DNA of 64,000 nucleotides from a virus: the IMG/VR virus record IMGVR_UViG_3300032562_000005; one strand, written 5' to 3'. The translations under genes and the position numbers were made by a program. Below the pieces are notes generated by a model, which worked only from the letters and a program-made list of their open reading frames with translations, did not search any database and was not told the origin of the DNA. Positions 47,439-57,863 of this stretch are shown here, piece after piece (positions within the stretch are counted from its first letter, which is position 1; every line of letters starts with the position of its first letter).

Positions 47439-48638
47439 TTAAGGTCCTCCGTTAATACCATTACTTGGTTGTAATGTTGGTGCTCGTGGAAATAACATTC
47501 CGTTAGCTGAATTAACTGCCGCACGAGTTGCGTTAGGTAAACTATATTGTGCTACATTGATAGCCGCTGTTTGTAATTCTGGTCTAATAATCTGTCCAAG
47601 ATTAGCATTTTTAAATGTATTATATGCTGTACCAGCAGTCTGTACAGCACCGATAACATTTTGTAATCCACCTTGGCCAGATGCCAATGCTTGTAAATCT
47701 TCAACAGTTCCGCCAACAGCATCTAATAAGCCGCCTTGACCAAATACCGATTTAGTTCCGCCTGGGCGTGTAATACCCGATGGTATATTATCATAGTGTG
47801 CTGGATCAGCAAATCCAGCAACCTTGTTGCTAGGCTGAGCCCCACCGATAGCACCTGAATAATATTTTACAGTTTCATATTCGATAGTAACATCATTTTT
47901 CATAGTGCCACTACCTTCGGAATAATCGTAAGTATCACTATTCCATTGTGAAATAATTGGATTAATTAATGTCCAAGCCGCATATTTCTTTTGGCTTAAA
48001 CCATAGATAGTAATGTCGCGGAAGAAAGCTGGTTTACCAGTTGTAGATGTGCCAGTGTTAGTTCCGTCGGAATAACTTTCACCAATAAAGCCCCAGTCGG
48101 CACTTTGTAATGTTTGGCTATAAATGTCGTTAGCGTTGTAATTAAATCCATTACTAAATGTTTGTAATGCTCCTAATGTGCCAGATTGTGTAGCTACATT
48201 TTGATATTTTTGACTTGGATCTTTATAGTAATATGTATAATAGTTATACCACATATTACGAATTAAATCAGATTGGTCGTCATGGAATGTAATACGACTT
48301 GGTTCATAACGCATTTTACTTTGTACAACTCTTTTACGATTGTACTGATTCATAACGGCTGTATCAATTTTAAACTTAGGTAAATCAATACTTTTAACCA
48401 TCATGCCGATAGTTTCTACTGTGCCAGATCCATACGCAGCTTGTAGTTGTGGAATTTGTCCAGTATTGATATTAAAGAAAACATGGTATAAAAACTTAAA
48501 CCGAGGTGTAAGTTGATATCCGTTTGTTTCAAAAGTTTTACTAGCGTGGGTGTAATCTTTTAAGCCAGGTACGCTGAACGCACCTTGCCCAAATGCTTGT
48601 AATAAATCACCGCCCTGGCCGAAGAAGCCGGTTCCCAT
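47439..48638 (-). CDS. tail tube-like baseplate protein (gp48/gp54-like)
   Basis: VKSIDLPK, NQYNRKR, ITFHDD, TIEYE tube-fold pattern. Confidence 0.65.
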   Translation of the reverse strand: MGTGFFGQGGDLLQAFGQGAFSVPGLKDYTHASKTFETNGYQLTPRFKFLYHVFFNINTGQIPQLQAAYGSGTVETIGMMVKSIDLPKFKIDTAVMNQYNRKRVVQSKMRYEPSRITFHDDQSDLIRNMWYNYYTYYYKDPSQKYQNVATQSGTLGALQTFSNGFNYNANDIYSQTLQSADWGFIGESYSDGTNTGTSTTGKPAFFRDITIYGLSQKKYAAWTLINPIISQWNSDTYDYSEGSGTMKNDVTIEYETVKYYSGAIGGAQPSNKVAGFADPAHYDNIPSGITRPGGTKSVFGQGGLLDAVGGTVEDLQALASGQGGLQNVIGAVQTAGTAYNTFKNANLGQIIRPELQTAAINVAQYSLPNATRAAVNSANGMLFPRAPTLQPSNGINGGP

Positions 48639-48643
48639 GGCGT

Positions 48644-49300
48644 TTAGGTTGTACTAGTGTTAGTAGACGCAGCACCAGTAGCGATAGAGCCAACTGTGTA
48701 CGCAATAGCTTGACCTACACCTGTTGGAGTACCTGCGCTGTTAACTTGGATAGCGTTATCAAATGTGATTGTTAATCCAATTTTAACTGCGTCAGATGTA
48801 TTGTAATCCATTGAATTATAATTTACATCTTTTAAGTATGCTCCAAGAATCTGCCATTCTTCTAATACAGTAGGTTCGTTAGTGCCGTTACCGCCGTCAA
48901 GAATCTGAAGTTGAATAGTAAATTTATAATCAATCCCAGACGCAGCAGAACTTTGTTCCATGAAGTCTAATTGCTTCTGTAACTGTTCGCCAACTAATTT
49001 ACTTACATTGCCTTGAGCATCATCACGCAAATCGCAAGTAACATCATTCCATGTATGCTTGCCAGCAATTTTAACTGTACTGTTATAAATTGGTAATTTA
49101 ATTTCTTCGAACTGTACGTGTGGACGGTCAAACTTCATAACCTGCTTTGTTAGCTCTGTTGTAGGTGTACTTACACCAAAGTTCGCAAAGAAAACACGGA
49201 AGCGATATGCCAATTTAGGCATTAATAAGCCTTGGGTTGATGCGCTTTGTCCGTCTGCTCCTAAAGGAACGGTCATGTTAGTTAGTGATGATGTTGCCAT
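48644..49300 (-). CDS. tail tube protein (gp19-like)
   Basis: PKLAYRFRV, AGKHTW, LRDD, ITFDNA; follows sheath. Confidence 0.85.
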   Translation of the reverse strand: MATSSLTNMTVPLGADGQSASTQGLLMPKLAYRFRVFFANFGVSTPTTELTKQVMKFDRPHVQFEEIKLPIYNSTVKIAGKHTWNDVTCDLRDDAQGNVSKLVGEQLQKQLDFMEQSSAASGIDYKFTIQLQILDGGNGTNEPTVLEEWQILGAYLKDVNYNSMDYNTSDAVKIGLTITFDNAIQVNSAGTPTGVGQAIAYTVGSIATGAASTNTSTT

Positions 49301-49333
49301 TTGTTAATCTCCGATATACTTTATTTAGTTAAT

Positions 49334-49361
49334 AAAGTTGGGCAATTTCTTGCCCAACTTT
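49334..49361. terminator. perfect 12-bp hairpin between sheath and tube genes
   Basis: AAAGTTGGGCAA-TTTC-TTGCCCAACTTT. Confidence 0.7.
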
Positions 49362-49363
49362 CT

Positions 49364-52300
49364 TTAAGCAGCAGCCTGCGCCGCAATCGCTCCAGTGTTT
49401 TCGATACGCAATGGAATATAGATGAATTCCACAGCTTTTACTGGCTCAATAGCAATATCAACCCATAACTGATTTTGATCGATTGTAGTTGGTGTATTGT
49501 TTGTGTTATCACATACAACCAAGTAATCGTAAATACCGCGTTTAGCAACCAAGTCAATCATTAAACTTACGATTGAGTTACTGATTTCTGTACGGGTAAT
49601 TTGATCATTTGGTTCAAACAAATATTGCTTACCAATTGTTTCAAGTCTAGTACGGATAAAGCATACTAAACGAGCTACGTTGATACGGTCTAATGCTGTA
49701 GCTGTAGCTTGTAATGTCTTATTACCAAAGTTAGTAATACCAACACCTGGGATATAAGTGATTGGATTAATTTGGTTTTCATACAATACATCGCGCAATG
49801 ATTGTCCAACGCCTAATGTTTCAAATACACCAGTAATACCATTTAAGTAACCTAACTGGAATGCGTTATCAACTAAACCACGACGTGTTCCAGCTGGAGC
49901 TAACCAAGGATAAGCAATTTCATCGCTACGAATAATTGTGCGAATCATCATGTGACTTGGATAAGTTACACAATAGTTTCCGCTCAAATCAGTTGTCTGA
50001 CAGCTTGGATAGAATGTGCCACCGTAAGCATCGCCAGCTGCTAAATTGCCATCGCCTGTTGGTAAACCTAAACCATTATTATCAGTTGCCCATGTAACAA
50101 TATCTGCTGGAGCAAGGCGTAATGGGGTATCAATAATGCTAAATGCCACATTATTAATTTCATTATTCAATGCTACCATGTTAGGAGCCAATTCTGGATA
50201 TCCAGGAACAGCGATTAAGTTGTAAGAATTTTGTTCTTCACGAATCTGTGTATTAGTATCAATAGCACTCTTCATAGCTTTAACAATAATTTCACGCTGA
50301 GCTTGACGACCCATGTATGGTGAACCATCTGGACGATTTCCTGTAGCAGTTAACCATGTATTTGTTACAGTTTGTACTGACCAATAAGTTGGACTTGTGT
50401 CTGGCTCTTGATTTGAGTTATTTTGAATACAAGCATACACAATATTATCATACTGGACATATTGACCAATTGTATAAGATGTTGTAGAAACCCAGTCGTA
50501 TGTTGGGAAAGTATTATTGTTAAAATAATTTGATTGATATGTTTTAACATTAAATCCTGAACGACGAGTATTCCATAACAACATTCCTGTTGGATATAAT
50601 AATGCGTCTGGAGCATCTAGATCCAAGTAATTACTTGTTAATAAACTTTGGATTGTTGGTAAAGCAGCAGATACAGGATCTGTTGTACCATTTGGAGCCC
50701 AACGAGCATCTTGGAATAAAATACCATTAGATTGTGTAGCATCTGTGTTATCAATTTGTGCCCATTGATCTACACCGTTAACATTTTGCCAACGAGATAA
50801 AATTGGATAATCTTCTAAATCAGAAGTATTAACCCATAAATCGCCATATACTAATGGTGATGTATTGTCAGTTTGTGTTAATGGTGGAGTAGCACTAATG
50901 ATTGGACCAGTAGCATTGGTTTGAGATAAATCATAACCACGGCTGTCAGATGTACAATTTTGATATCCTGTCCATACACCATTGTTTTGAATCATGATAT
51001 CTACTTGTGTAGCATCACTATAATACCAATATGTGCCATCAGTTGGATCTTGATCTGGAGCCACATCAGATGCTGTGTATGTAAATGTTGTGCTACCTAC
51101 CCAGTTACTTAAAACTAAACCAGCGGCAGCACCGTTAACATAACGCTGACGGCATAAGAAAGTACTAGTTGTAAAGCCAGCATCAGTAACAACAGTTCCG
51201 CCATTTAAATCAACTAATTCAATGTCTCCGCCTTTGCTATGTTGCATTACAATAGCGCCAGCACTATTAATAGTAGCACTTACATAAGGAATGCCAGCGG
51301 CACTAATAGCGGCTACAAAGTCGCTAGCTGTTGGATTACCTGAATGTCCAATAGACACTAAACTAACTGTGCGCCATTGATTAACTGCTGTGCCAGGCTG
51401 ACTTGCGCCTAATGAGAAAGATTGTCCAGAACTAAATGTTTGTGTTGTATTGCTACCGGTAACAATAGTTGGGCCTGTTGTGTAACGTTCAAGAATTTGA
51501 TATCCCGATGTGCCATCACTAACTGGATTAGATCTAGCATATAAAGTGCCAGTAGGAATGCCTTGGCCGCCACCCGATGGATCTAAACCATAAAGAGCAG
51601 CGTTATCACTAGGATATACTGTTACGGATTGTATTACATATAACCCTAATGTAGAGTTATATTGCTTCATTACAATACTTGTGCCTTGGTTTACACTATT
51701 AGATTTTTGCCACACAGAGCCTGTTGGTTCTGGCATAGCACTAAATGTATTCCATTGTGGTACAGTATAACTTGGACTTACTTGATATTCTGGAGCATTG
51801 TATGTTCCTGCTGTTAAGCCTAACGCAGCAAATGAAGTGCCAGCATTATTAGCAAGAACTACTGTTCCTTCATTTATAGCAGTACCTGTGCCGCTTACAT
51901 ATGGAGCTGTAGTTGTAGTCGCAAAAGTTACAGTAGTAGATGTTGACGCTGTAACTGTATAATAGCCATTATATAATGATGTATTAGCTGATCCAGTGTT
52001 ACTAACTCCAGAAAGATAAATTGTACTGCCAATAACATATGGTGTTGGTACTGCTGTACTAAATGTTACAGTAGCAGTAGTGCCATTAGATGTTAAATTA
52101 GTTATAGATGACACAATACCTGCCGTAGTATCAGCATATAAGTTTAATGCGCCACCGATATTAGCCGCATATACTCCAGTAATACCTGCTTGGTTAATAG
52201 CATCAACAATAAGAGATACAGTAGGACTCGACGGTACAGTAATTAATATATTATTAATTTTAAATGTATCACTAGCTGTTAATGATGAACTACTTGGTGT

Positions 52301-53038
52301 ATTTGTGCCTTGAATAGTTGGCCAAGAAGTTTGCCATGGGGCACTACCAAGTTGAACCCAAGTATTATACAAATTACCAAAATAAGCAGCTGCATACGAA
52401 CCAGCTTGCGATGCTGTTGGGCCGCCACGCTTGAAATAAATTGGATTAGATGTGTTAGTAGCAACAACAGCATATTGGCCAATACTGCCATAACTTTGTA
52501 ATGGTACAGTTGATGATGGAGTCAAGTAATCTTGATTTGTAATTACTGACGGAATTACATTAGTAAATGTTCCACTAACTTGATTCCATGTGAATAATCC
52601 CCATTGTGTATTAACTGTATCTAACCAGTAAGTACCATTATCTGGACTTCCTGTTGGGCGGGTTAATGATGCTGTAAGAGCAGCTAAGTCAATATCAGCA
52701 CGAAGTACATAACATTGATTTGTAACACCTAACGCAGAATAAGCAGCTAATAAGCCGTATTCATTAAGTTCATATCCATTGATAGGAGTACCGTTAGTTG
52801 TTTGATAGAAGAACGGAACACCATAGTTGGCAGATAGAGCTCGTTGACTAGTTGCTAAGAACAATTTGCCAGCATTTACGGCTAATGTTCCTGGGGCAAT
52901 ACCTGTACCATCTGCGGATAGTTTATTTGACGCTGTAGCGATAACTACAAACGGCACCGAATTCGTAGCGGCCGGAAGATATTGACTTTCGTCAACTACT
53001 GTAACTTGTACGCCTGGAGATACTAATGTGCTAGCCAT
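49364..53038 (-). CDS. tail sheath protein (gp18-like) with large insertions
   Basis: LVSPGVQVTVVDES; WLAPAGTRRG; RINVARL; FEPND; AVEFIYIP. Confidence 0.93.
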   Translation of the reverse strand: MASTLVSPGVQVTVVDESQYLPAATNSVPFVVIATASNKLSADGTGIAPGTLAVNAGKLFLATSQRALSANYGVPFFYQTTNGTPINGYELNEYGLLAAYSALGVTNQCYVLRADIDLAALTASLTRPTGSPDNGTYWLDTVNTQWGLFTWNQVSGTFTNVIPSVITNQDYLTPSSTVPLQSYGSIGQYAVVATNTSNPIYFKRGGPTASQAGSYAAAYFGNLYNTWVQLGSAPWQTSWPTIQGTNTPSSSSLTASDTFKINNILITVPSSPTVSLIVDAINQAGITGVYAANIGGALNLYADTTAGIVSSITNLTSNGTTATVTFSTAVPTPYVIGSTIYLSGVSNTGSANTSLYNGYYTVTASTSTTVTFATTTTAPYVSGTGTAINEGTVVLANNAGTSFAALGLTAGTYNAPEYQVSPSYTVPQWNTFSAMPEPTGSVWQKSNSVNQGTSIVMKQYNSTLGLYVIQSVTVYPSDNAALYGLDPSGGGQGIPTGTLYARSNPVSDGTSGYQILERYTTGPTIVTGSNTTQTFSSGQSFSLGASQPGTAVNQWRTVSLVSIGHSGNPTASDFVAAISAAGIPYVSATINSAGAIVMQHSKGGDIELVDLNGGTVVTDAGFTTSTFLCRQRYVNGAAAGLVLSNWVGSTTFTYTASDVAPDQDPTDGTYWYYSDATQVDIMIQNNGVWTGYQNCTSDSRGYDLSQTNATGPIISATPPLTQTDNTSPLVYGDLWVNTSDLEDYPILSRWQNVNGVDQWAQIDNTDATQSNGILFQDARWAPNGTTDPVSAALPTIQSLLTSNYLDLDAPDALLYPTGMLLWNTRRSGFNVKTYQSNYFNNNTFPTYDWVSTTSYTIGQYVQYDNIVYACIQNNSNQEPDTSPTYWSVQTVTNTWLTATGNRPDGSPYMGRQAQREIIVKAMKSAIDTNTQIREEQNSYNLIAVPGYPELAPNMVALNNEINNVAFSIIDTPLRLAPADIVTWATDNNGLGLPTGDGNLAAGDAYGGTFYPSCQTTDLSGNYCVTYPSHMMIRTIIRSDEIAYPWLAPAGTRRGLVDNAFQLGYLNGITGVFETLGVGQSLRDVLYENQINPITYIPGVGITNFGNKTLQATATALDRINVARLVCFIRTRLETIGKQYLFEPNDQITRTEISNSIVSLMIDLVAKRGIYDYLVVCDNTNNTPTTIDQNQLWVDIAIEPVKAVEFIYIPLRIENTGAIAAQAAA

Positions 53039-53149
53039 GTTTAAAATCCTTTTTTATTAATATTAATATTTAGTATTTTAATCAAAAAGAGCACGATAAC
53101 CACGGCCTATATAGTAGGTTCGTAGCTATAGATATAGCTAAATAGGTGT

Positions 53150-53494
53150 ATGCGCCCCGTATGTCCAGCTTGTAATCAACGCCCTAGAGCCGTTGCCTAC
53201 CACAGAAACGATAAAATTTATTATCGCAGTAAGTGTAGCTTGTGTATTCGTAAGAAAAGAAAAGAAAAACCGCAAACTCCACGCTGGGAACTTAGCGGTT
53301 ATAAAAAGAAAAATGTATGCGACCGTTGCGGTTTTAGAGCTAGATGGGCCGCACAATTACTAGTATATCATATAGATGGAAATCTAAATAATAGTAGCGT
53401 TCGTAACTTAAAAACTATATGCTTGAACTGTGTAGTAGATGTTAAGAAGGCTGATCTTCCGTGGAAGTCTGGAGATCTTGAACCAGATTCTTAA
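53150..53494 (+). CDS. Zn-finger / degenerate HNH-like protein
   Basis: Four CxxC pairs; VYHIDGNLNN...NLKTICLNC. Confidence 0.65.
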   Translation: MRPVCPACNQRPRAVAYHRNDKIYYRSKCSLCIRKKRKEKPQTPRWELSGYKKKNVCDRCGFRARWAAQLLVYHIDGNLNNSSVRNLKTICLNCVVDVKKADLPWKSGDLEPDS

Positions 53495-54110
53495 CTTGTT
53501 TATACAAATTGTCTAACCCATCGGCATTATTATCAATAATAGCGTCAAAATCAGTGCCGATCCACGCTGTTTCGCTAGCATGAATATTAAAGTGTGATAA
53601 CTTTTCTTTACTAGTTGACCAAGTTAAATTTCGTTCAGGCCCGCGGTTTACTATTTCTGCTAGCTTAAACCATTCGGGTTCAGACCCACGAGTAACTCTT
53701 ATTACTATGCCACCAGATTTTTTAATAGCTTTAATTTCATTAGGAAAACGACAGTCAGAAATTACAATATCATCATGGGTTTTTCTTAATTTATTTTCCA
53801 ATGCCGCAATCCAAATATCGTCATGGAACGCTTTTCTTGCTACTTCGGTGCCCCAAAATTGTAGTACATAGCGTGGTGTCAAACCAGGAATACCCAAGCG
53901 TTCTGCCCACCATGGATCTACTTGTTCACGCCATTCACGACTTTCGCGTGTACGACCTTCAAGCAATTCGCGGTCCCATCCAAATATACTAGCTACAGCA
54001 TCTTTAAGTGTATGAGCAAATGATTCTCGTCGGAATTGATGTATATTTTGTAAGTAATCAGCAATAGTGTCTTTGCCTGATCCAATTAATCCACAAATTC
54101 CAATAATCAT
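53442..54110 (-). CDS. deoxynucleoside monophosphate kinase (gp1-like)
   Basis: GLIGSGKDT, SFA..LK, PRYVLQFWGTE, DCRFPNE. Confidence 0.9.
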   Translation of the reverse strand: MIIGICGLIGSGKDTIADYLQNIHQFRRESFAHTLKDAVASIFGWDRELLEGRTRESREWREQVDPWWAERLGIPGLTPRYVLQFWGTEVARKAFHDDIWIAALENKLRKTHDDIVISDCRFPNEIKAIKKSGGIVIRVTRGSEPEWFKLAEIVNRGPERNLTWSTSKEKLSHFNIHASETAWIGTDFDAIIDNNADGLDNLYKQVKNLVQDLQTSTEDQPS

Positions 54111-54130
54111 AATGCGTCCTTTTTGTTAAA

Positions 54131-54655
54131 TTACTTAATGGCAGTAATGCCAAGATGCTTGAATGTTGCTTGAAGCATATCTATTTGTCGTTTGCAGTCT
54201 TGTAATGCGTGATGTTCTGTTGGCGGGCGAGGACAGTCGGGCCACAAAGAGTAAATTGTACGGGCATCTCGTACTTTATAAAACTGCCAAGGTTGAACTT
54301 TGCCTAAAGATTTGTAAGCGTGTTCAAGAATGTTCATGTCATAAGTTGGACCGTTGGCCCAAACAAAGTCGGCGTGCCAGCAAATCTTGTGTAATCCTTC
54401 TAACGCATCACCTAATGAAATTCTGTTATCTTCAGCAAATGCTTCTGCGGATGCTTCCGGCTGAGTAGCCCACCAATTTATTGTATCTTCAGTAATAACT
54501 CTGTCTTCTTGGCTTTCTAATGTAACCCTGGCATAAAAACTATTCGCTCCGTAGCCACTACCAAATGGGTCAAAAGATTGTGCTGCGATTGTCAAAATCG
54601 TAGCGTCTGGGGTCGTTGCCAACCCTTCTATGTCTATCATTATATGTTGTGCCAT
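54131..54655 (-). CDS. DEDDh 3'-5' exonuclease
   Basis: MIDIEGL, WANGPTYD, RDARTI, HHALQD. Confidence 0.85.
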   Translation of the reverse strand: MAQHIMIDIEGLATTPDATILTIAAQSFDPFGSGYGANSFYARVTLESQEDRVITEDTINWWATQPEASAEAFAEDNRISLGDALEGLHKICWHADFVWANGPTYDMNILEHAYKSLGKVQPWQFYKVRDARTIYSLWPDCPRPPTEHHALQDCKRQIDMLQATFKHLGITAIK

Positions 54656-54697
54656 ACTGTAAGTATAGCACGATTTAGACTAGATTACAATAGGAGT

Positions 54698-55519
54698 TTA
54701 ACCAAAGAAATCGTCAAATAATTGGTCTCTGGACTTGTCGCAGCGCATGCCTTTTATACCGTTTTCGCTCAATCCAATAACACGAAGATTAGTATAATGC
54801 CCTATGATATAAGGTGGTATCGATTCTCGAAAACCTTGCTGGATGCTGTAGATATGGTCCAATGCATTATGGCTTCGGTTCAATCTAGTGGGGTTTATGT
54901 CATCAAAATGATCACGCCAGCTTTCCTCGGTAATCCGCCACACAGCGTCATAGTATATGCGGCGCAACGACCTTTCCTCTCGAGGAGTACAGCCACGCTC
55001 TACTGCTTTTTGGTATATTTTTTCTTGGACTGCTTTGTCTTTACTTGGATTATCTACACCGTATTTTTTAAGCCAGGTACTCTTTGTTTTTTCAAGTATT
55101 GATTCGGTATCTCGTTTAGAACGATCTACAATAATTCTACCAGTAGTATAGCCATTAGAATATTTTTTATTTGCTTTTTTGGCTTTTTTAGGATCTTTGC
55201 TACGCCAATGATTATCGCCTGCAATAGTTTTGCTCAGTTTTTTTGCTACATCTTTTCTACTTGCTTGCAATGATGAGTAGGTAAGATATCTATTCTCGTG
55301 CCACTTTACCTCAATACCTATTTCTGGACAGAGGGGTATTTCATATGTGTTATTTAATACGTGCCAAATACGTTGCTTAGGTTTTGCGGTAGCAGGTAGA
55401 AACGATGTAGCGTTTAGTATATCTGCCCATAACTCAGGATGAGTCTTTTTGAGCATTTTGGTAGCAGATTTGTTGTAGCTTGTATCGTTGACAATAATGT
55501 CTTGTAGTATAGATTTCAT
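54698..55519 (-). CDS. HNH-type homing endonuclease
   Basis: KKYGVDNPSK; LDHIYSI...IIGHYTNLRVI...N..KG; TATAAATA upstream. Confidence 0.7.
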   Translation of the reverse strand: MKSILQDIIVNDTSYNKSATKMLKKTHPELWADILNATSFLPATAKPKQRIWHVLNNTYEIPLCPEIGIEVKWHENRYLTYSSLQASRKDVAKKLSKTIAGDNHWRSKDPKKAKKANKKYSNGYTTGRIIVDRSKRDTESILEKTKSTWLKKYGVDNPSKDKAVQEKIYQKAVERGCTPREERSLRRIYYDAVWRITEESWRDHFDDINPTRLNRSHNALDHIYSIQQGFRESIPPYIIGHYTNLRVIGLSENGIKGMRCDKSRDQLFDDFFG

Positions 55520-55570
55520 ACTACTATTTATACACTATCCTATAATCCAAGTCAATCTCAATCTATCCAA

Positions 55571-56341
55571 TCAGCCTATCACCCATGTGAGCGGCTGGCT
55601 GCCATCAACATAGTTTTTCAAATCTTCGATACATTGTTGCATTAATGCTGTACCTTCGGCCTTCATTGCGGCTCCATTTAAGGAAGTTGGGCCTTGCGGG
55701 CCGGATATTGACGCAAATTTTTCGCGAGCTTCACCAATTATTACTTTACAATTGGCATGCATAAAATTACGAATCCACTGACGAATTTGATAGTCAGAGA
55801 GTAAATTTACTTCTGGCTTTAAGTTGTAAGTCCAAAGTAATACATTTTCGCCTACTCCCTTAGGATCACGAATTAATTGTAGTTTTTTAGTAACTGGATT
55901 CCATGTATAGTTCATGTAAGCACCAAACATACGGCCAGCAAGTTCGACATACTGTGAGTAAAAATCGTATGTAGCAAGTCCGCCAGCCACATTAAAGTTC
56001 ATCAAATAAACATTTAATGTTGCTTGAGAGAATGGGTCAAAATTGGAGGCATACGGGCCGGTTGAATCGCCAAAAGTTCTGCGAAAAATTTGACGAACTT
56101 GAATAACTTCTTCTGGCAAATCGTAGATATTTACATTAGTTACGAGCTCCATGAAGGTATAACTTTCTTCATAAGCGTTTTGTGCTCGTTGACGATATGT
56201 GCCGATTGCGTTACGATATGCTGATTCGTAATGAGCCGCATCTAGCTCAATATCAATCATTTGATCGCCTAATTGAAGGCGAACATATTCAATTAAATTT
56301 TGTTTTAATGTTTCTAATGTAGATTCAGATTGCAATGCCAT
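55571..56341 (-). CDS. neck protein (gp13-like)
   Basis: RLQLG...IDIEL; GEAREKF...GPQG...LNG..MK.EG. Confidence 0.8.
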   Translation of the reverse strand: MALQSESTLETLKQNLIEYVRLQLGDQMIDIELDAAHYESAYRNAIGTYRQRAQNAYEESYTFMELVTNVNIYDLPEEVIQVRQIFRRTFGDSTGPYASNFDPFSQATLNVYLMNFNVAGGLATYDFYSQYVELAGRMFGAYMNYTWNPVTKKLQLIRDPKGVGENVLLWTYNLKPEVNLLSDYQIRQWIRNFMHANCKVIIGEAREKFASISGPQGPTSLNGAAMKAEGTALMQQCIEDLKNYVDGSQPLTWVIG

Positions 56342-56365
56342 ATGGACTCCGTGTCCATATATTTA
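56340..56365 (-). promoter_or_regulatory. late promoter TAAATA overlapping an RBS-sequestering hairpin
   Basis: TAAAT-ATATGGAC-ACGGA-GTCCATAT-G. Confidence 0.7.
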
Positions 56366-56371
56366 GCATTT

Positions 56372-57517
56372 TCACCAAGCCTTTAGAATGATTATATTCT
56401 CGTTGCCCCGGCCCGTAAACTTGGTTTCTGTAGCCTTAATATCCCCAAACGATTTACGCATTGCTGGTTTTCCGCCCGACATAACTGCTTTGATTTGTTC
56501 AGCTGGTTTGCGTAAAGTTTTCTGTACAGTTGTTAAAGCATCAAAAGCAATAATAGCGGAACCTTTTACTGCAAATGTACCCAAGTGTGCGTCGGCCATT
56601 ACATGAATTAGCTTGCGTTTTGCTGTATCATATAACCATGCTTCGCTTGCGCCAACAAGTTTTGCTGGATTTTCAGATTTAAGATTAAGTTCTGTAAATT
56701 CTTTAAGGTACTTAAATTTACGAGCTTGAGTTTCTGGGCTTACTGCTTTCTTAGCACGAGGCTTGCGTTCTACTTTCTTAATTGAAATATAGCTCGAGCA
56801 ATCTGCTAATACTGTTTCACAGAATTTAACGCATTGTTTTAATTGTGCCTTGGATAAGTGGCTATATCCTTCTACTAATTGTTCGTCTTCGCCAGTTAAT
56901 ACTTCATTAAATTCAGCAAGTCTTAAATCCCAAACTGCTGTAAGATTAGGAATCATTTGCGGAGAGATATTCATACCGCGAATTAATGCGATAGGTTTAA
57001 AGTCTGCTGACATTTTTGCTCCGGCTACAATAAAGTCATCAAACATTCCTTCAAGTTCCCCAGCGCACTCACTTGCCTTTTCACGGAGATGGTCTTGAAT
57101 TGTTAATTTTTGTTGGGCTACTTCACCGTCTGTGGCAGCTGCTTTTTTAACTTCCTGTTTAGATTTGAGCATTAAAGAAATTTGCTCATCTAAAATACAT
57201 TGCTCATGTTCGTTAAGAATAAGTCCCATTACACTCATGCGGCACACCCACGCTGGCGTTACACGAATTTGACTATCTGGAATTCCACGAATTAATTTAG
57301 CATCAGGTTTGCGATTATTAATTTCTAAATACATAGCAATCATGTCTTTAGCATCTTTTTTACCATAATGATAATTGTACCATTGGAACGCATTGGCTAG
57401 TGAACTAATACGATTAGTATCGTCTGGCTGTACTCGCCATTCTGGTTCAAAGCCAACATATTTGGTTTCAGCACCCTTGGGGTTTAATCTCTTAATTGTA
57501 ATTTCGTTTTTTGCCAT
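56372..57517 (-). CDS. hypothetical early protein
   Basis: 381-aa ORF with promoter TTGACA-N17-TACACT at 57527-57555. Confidence 0.75.
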   Translation of the reverse strand: MAKNEITIKRLNPKGAETKYVGFEPEWRVQPDDTNRISSLANAFQWYNYHYGKKDAKDMIAMYLEINNRKPDAKLIRGIPDSQIRVTPAWVCRMSVMGLILNEHEQCILDEQISLMLKSKQEVKKAAATDGEVAQQKLTIQDHLREKASECAGELEGMFDDFIVAGAKMSADFKPIALIRGMNISPQMIPNLTAVWDLRLAEFNEVLTGEDEQLVEGYSHLSKAQLKQCVKFCETVLADCSSYISIKKVERKPRAKKAVSPETQARKFKYLKEFTELNLKSENPAKLVGASEAWLYDTAKRKLIHVMADAHLGTFAVKGSAIIAFDALTTVQKTLRKPAEQIKAVMSGGKPAMRKSFGDIKATETKFTGRGNENIIILKAW

Positions 57518-57551
57518 AGTCTTAGTAGTGTATATTCTTAGTTAAGTAATG

Positions 57552-57803
57552 TCAACCTATTAGTGCCGCAAAGGTAATATGTTGTTCTAAATTATCTAAT
57601 AGTAAATTAGCTTGATTTATCAAATCTTTATATTTTGGCGAGTCCTTTTTATTGCGTCTACATTCAACCGATTCCTTGCTAATTTCAGTCATAATCTTAT
57701 CAACCCCTGCTAGCATTTTTCGTAAATCTCTGTAAGCTACCTTACTTTTTATGGTAGAAATCTTTAATTCTGCTTGATTTACCCTGTCTAATATATCATC
57801 CAT
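57552..57803 (-). CDS. hypothetical early protein (start MDDILD)
   Basis: ATG follows promoter TTGACT-N17-TATAAT at 57811-57839. Confidence 0.65.
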   Translation of the reverse strand: MDDILDRVNQAELKISTIKSKVAYRDLRKMLAGVDKIMTEISKESVECRRNKKDSPKYKDLINQANLLLDNLEQHITFAALIG

Positions 57804-57863
57804 AACACTAATTATATGATATTTGGAATTACTAGTCAACCTTTTGAAAGCTAAATACTTGTT

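Noticed and set aside
53123-53140. TAGCTATA-GA-TATAGCTA palindrome between divergent genes
   Set aside because: It is a single AT-rich instance with no second copy noticed, so no function can be supported.
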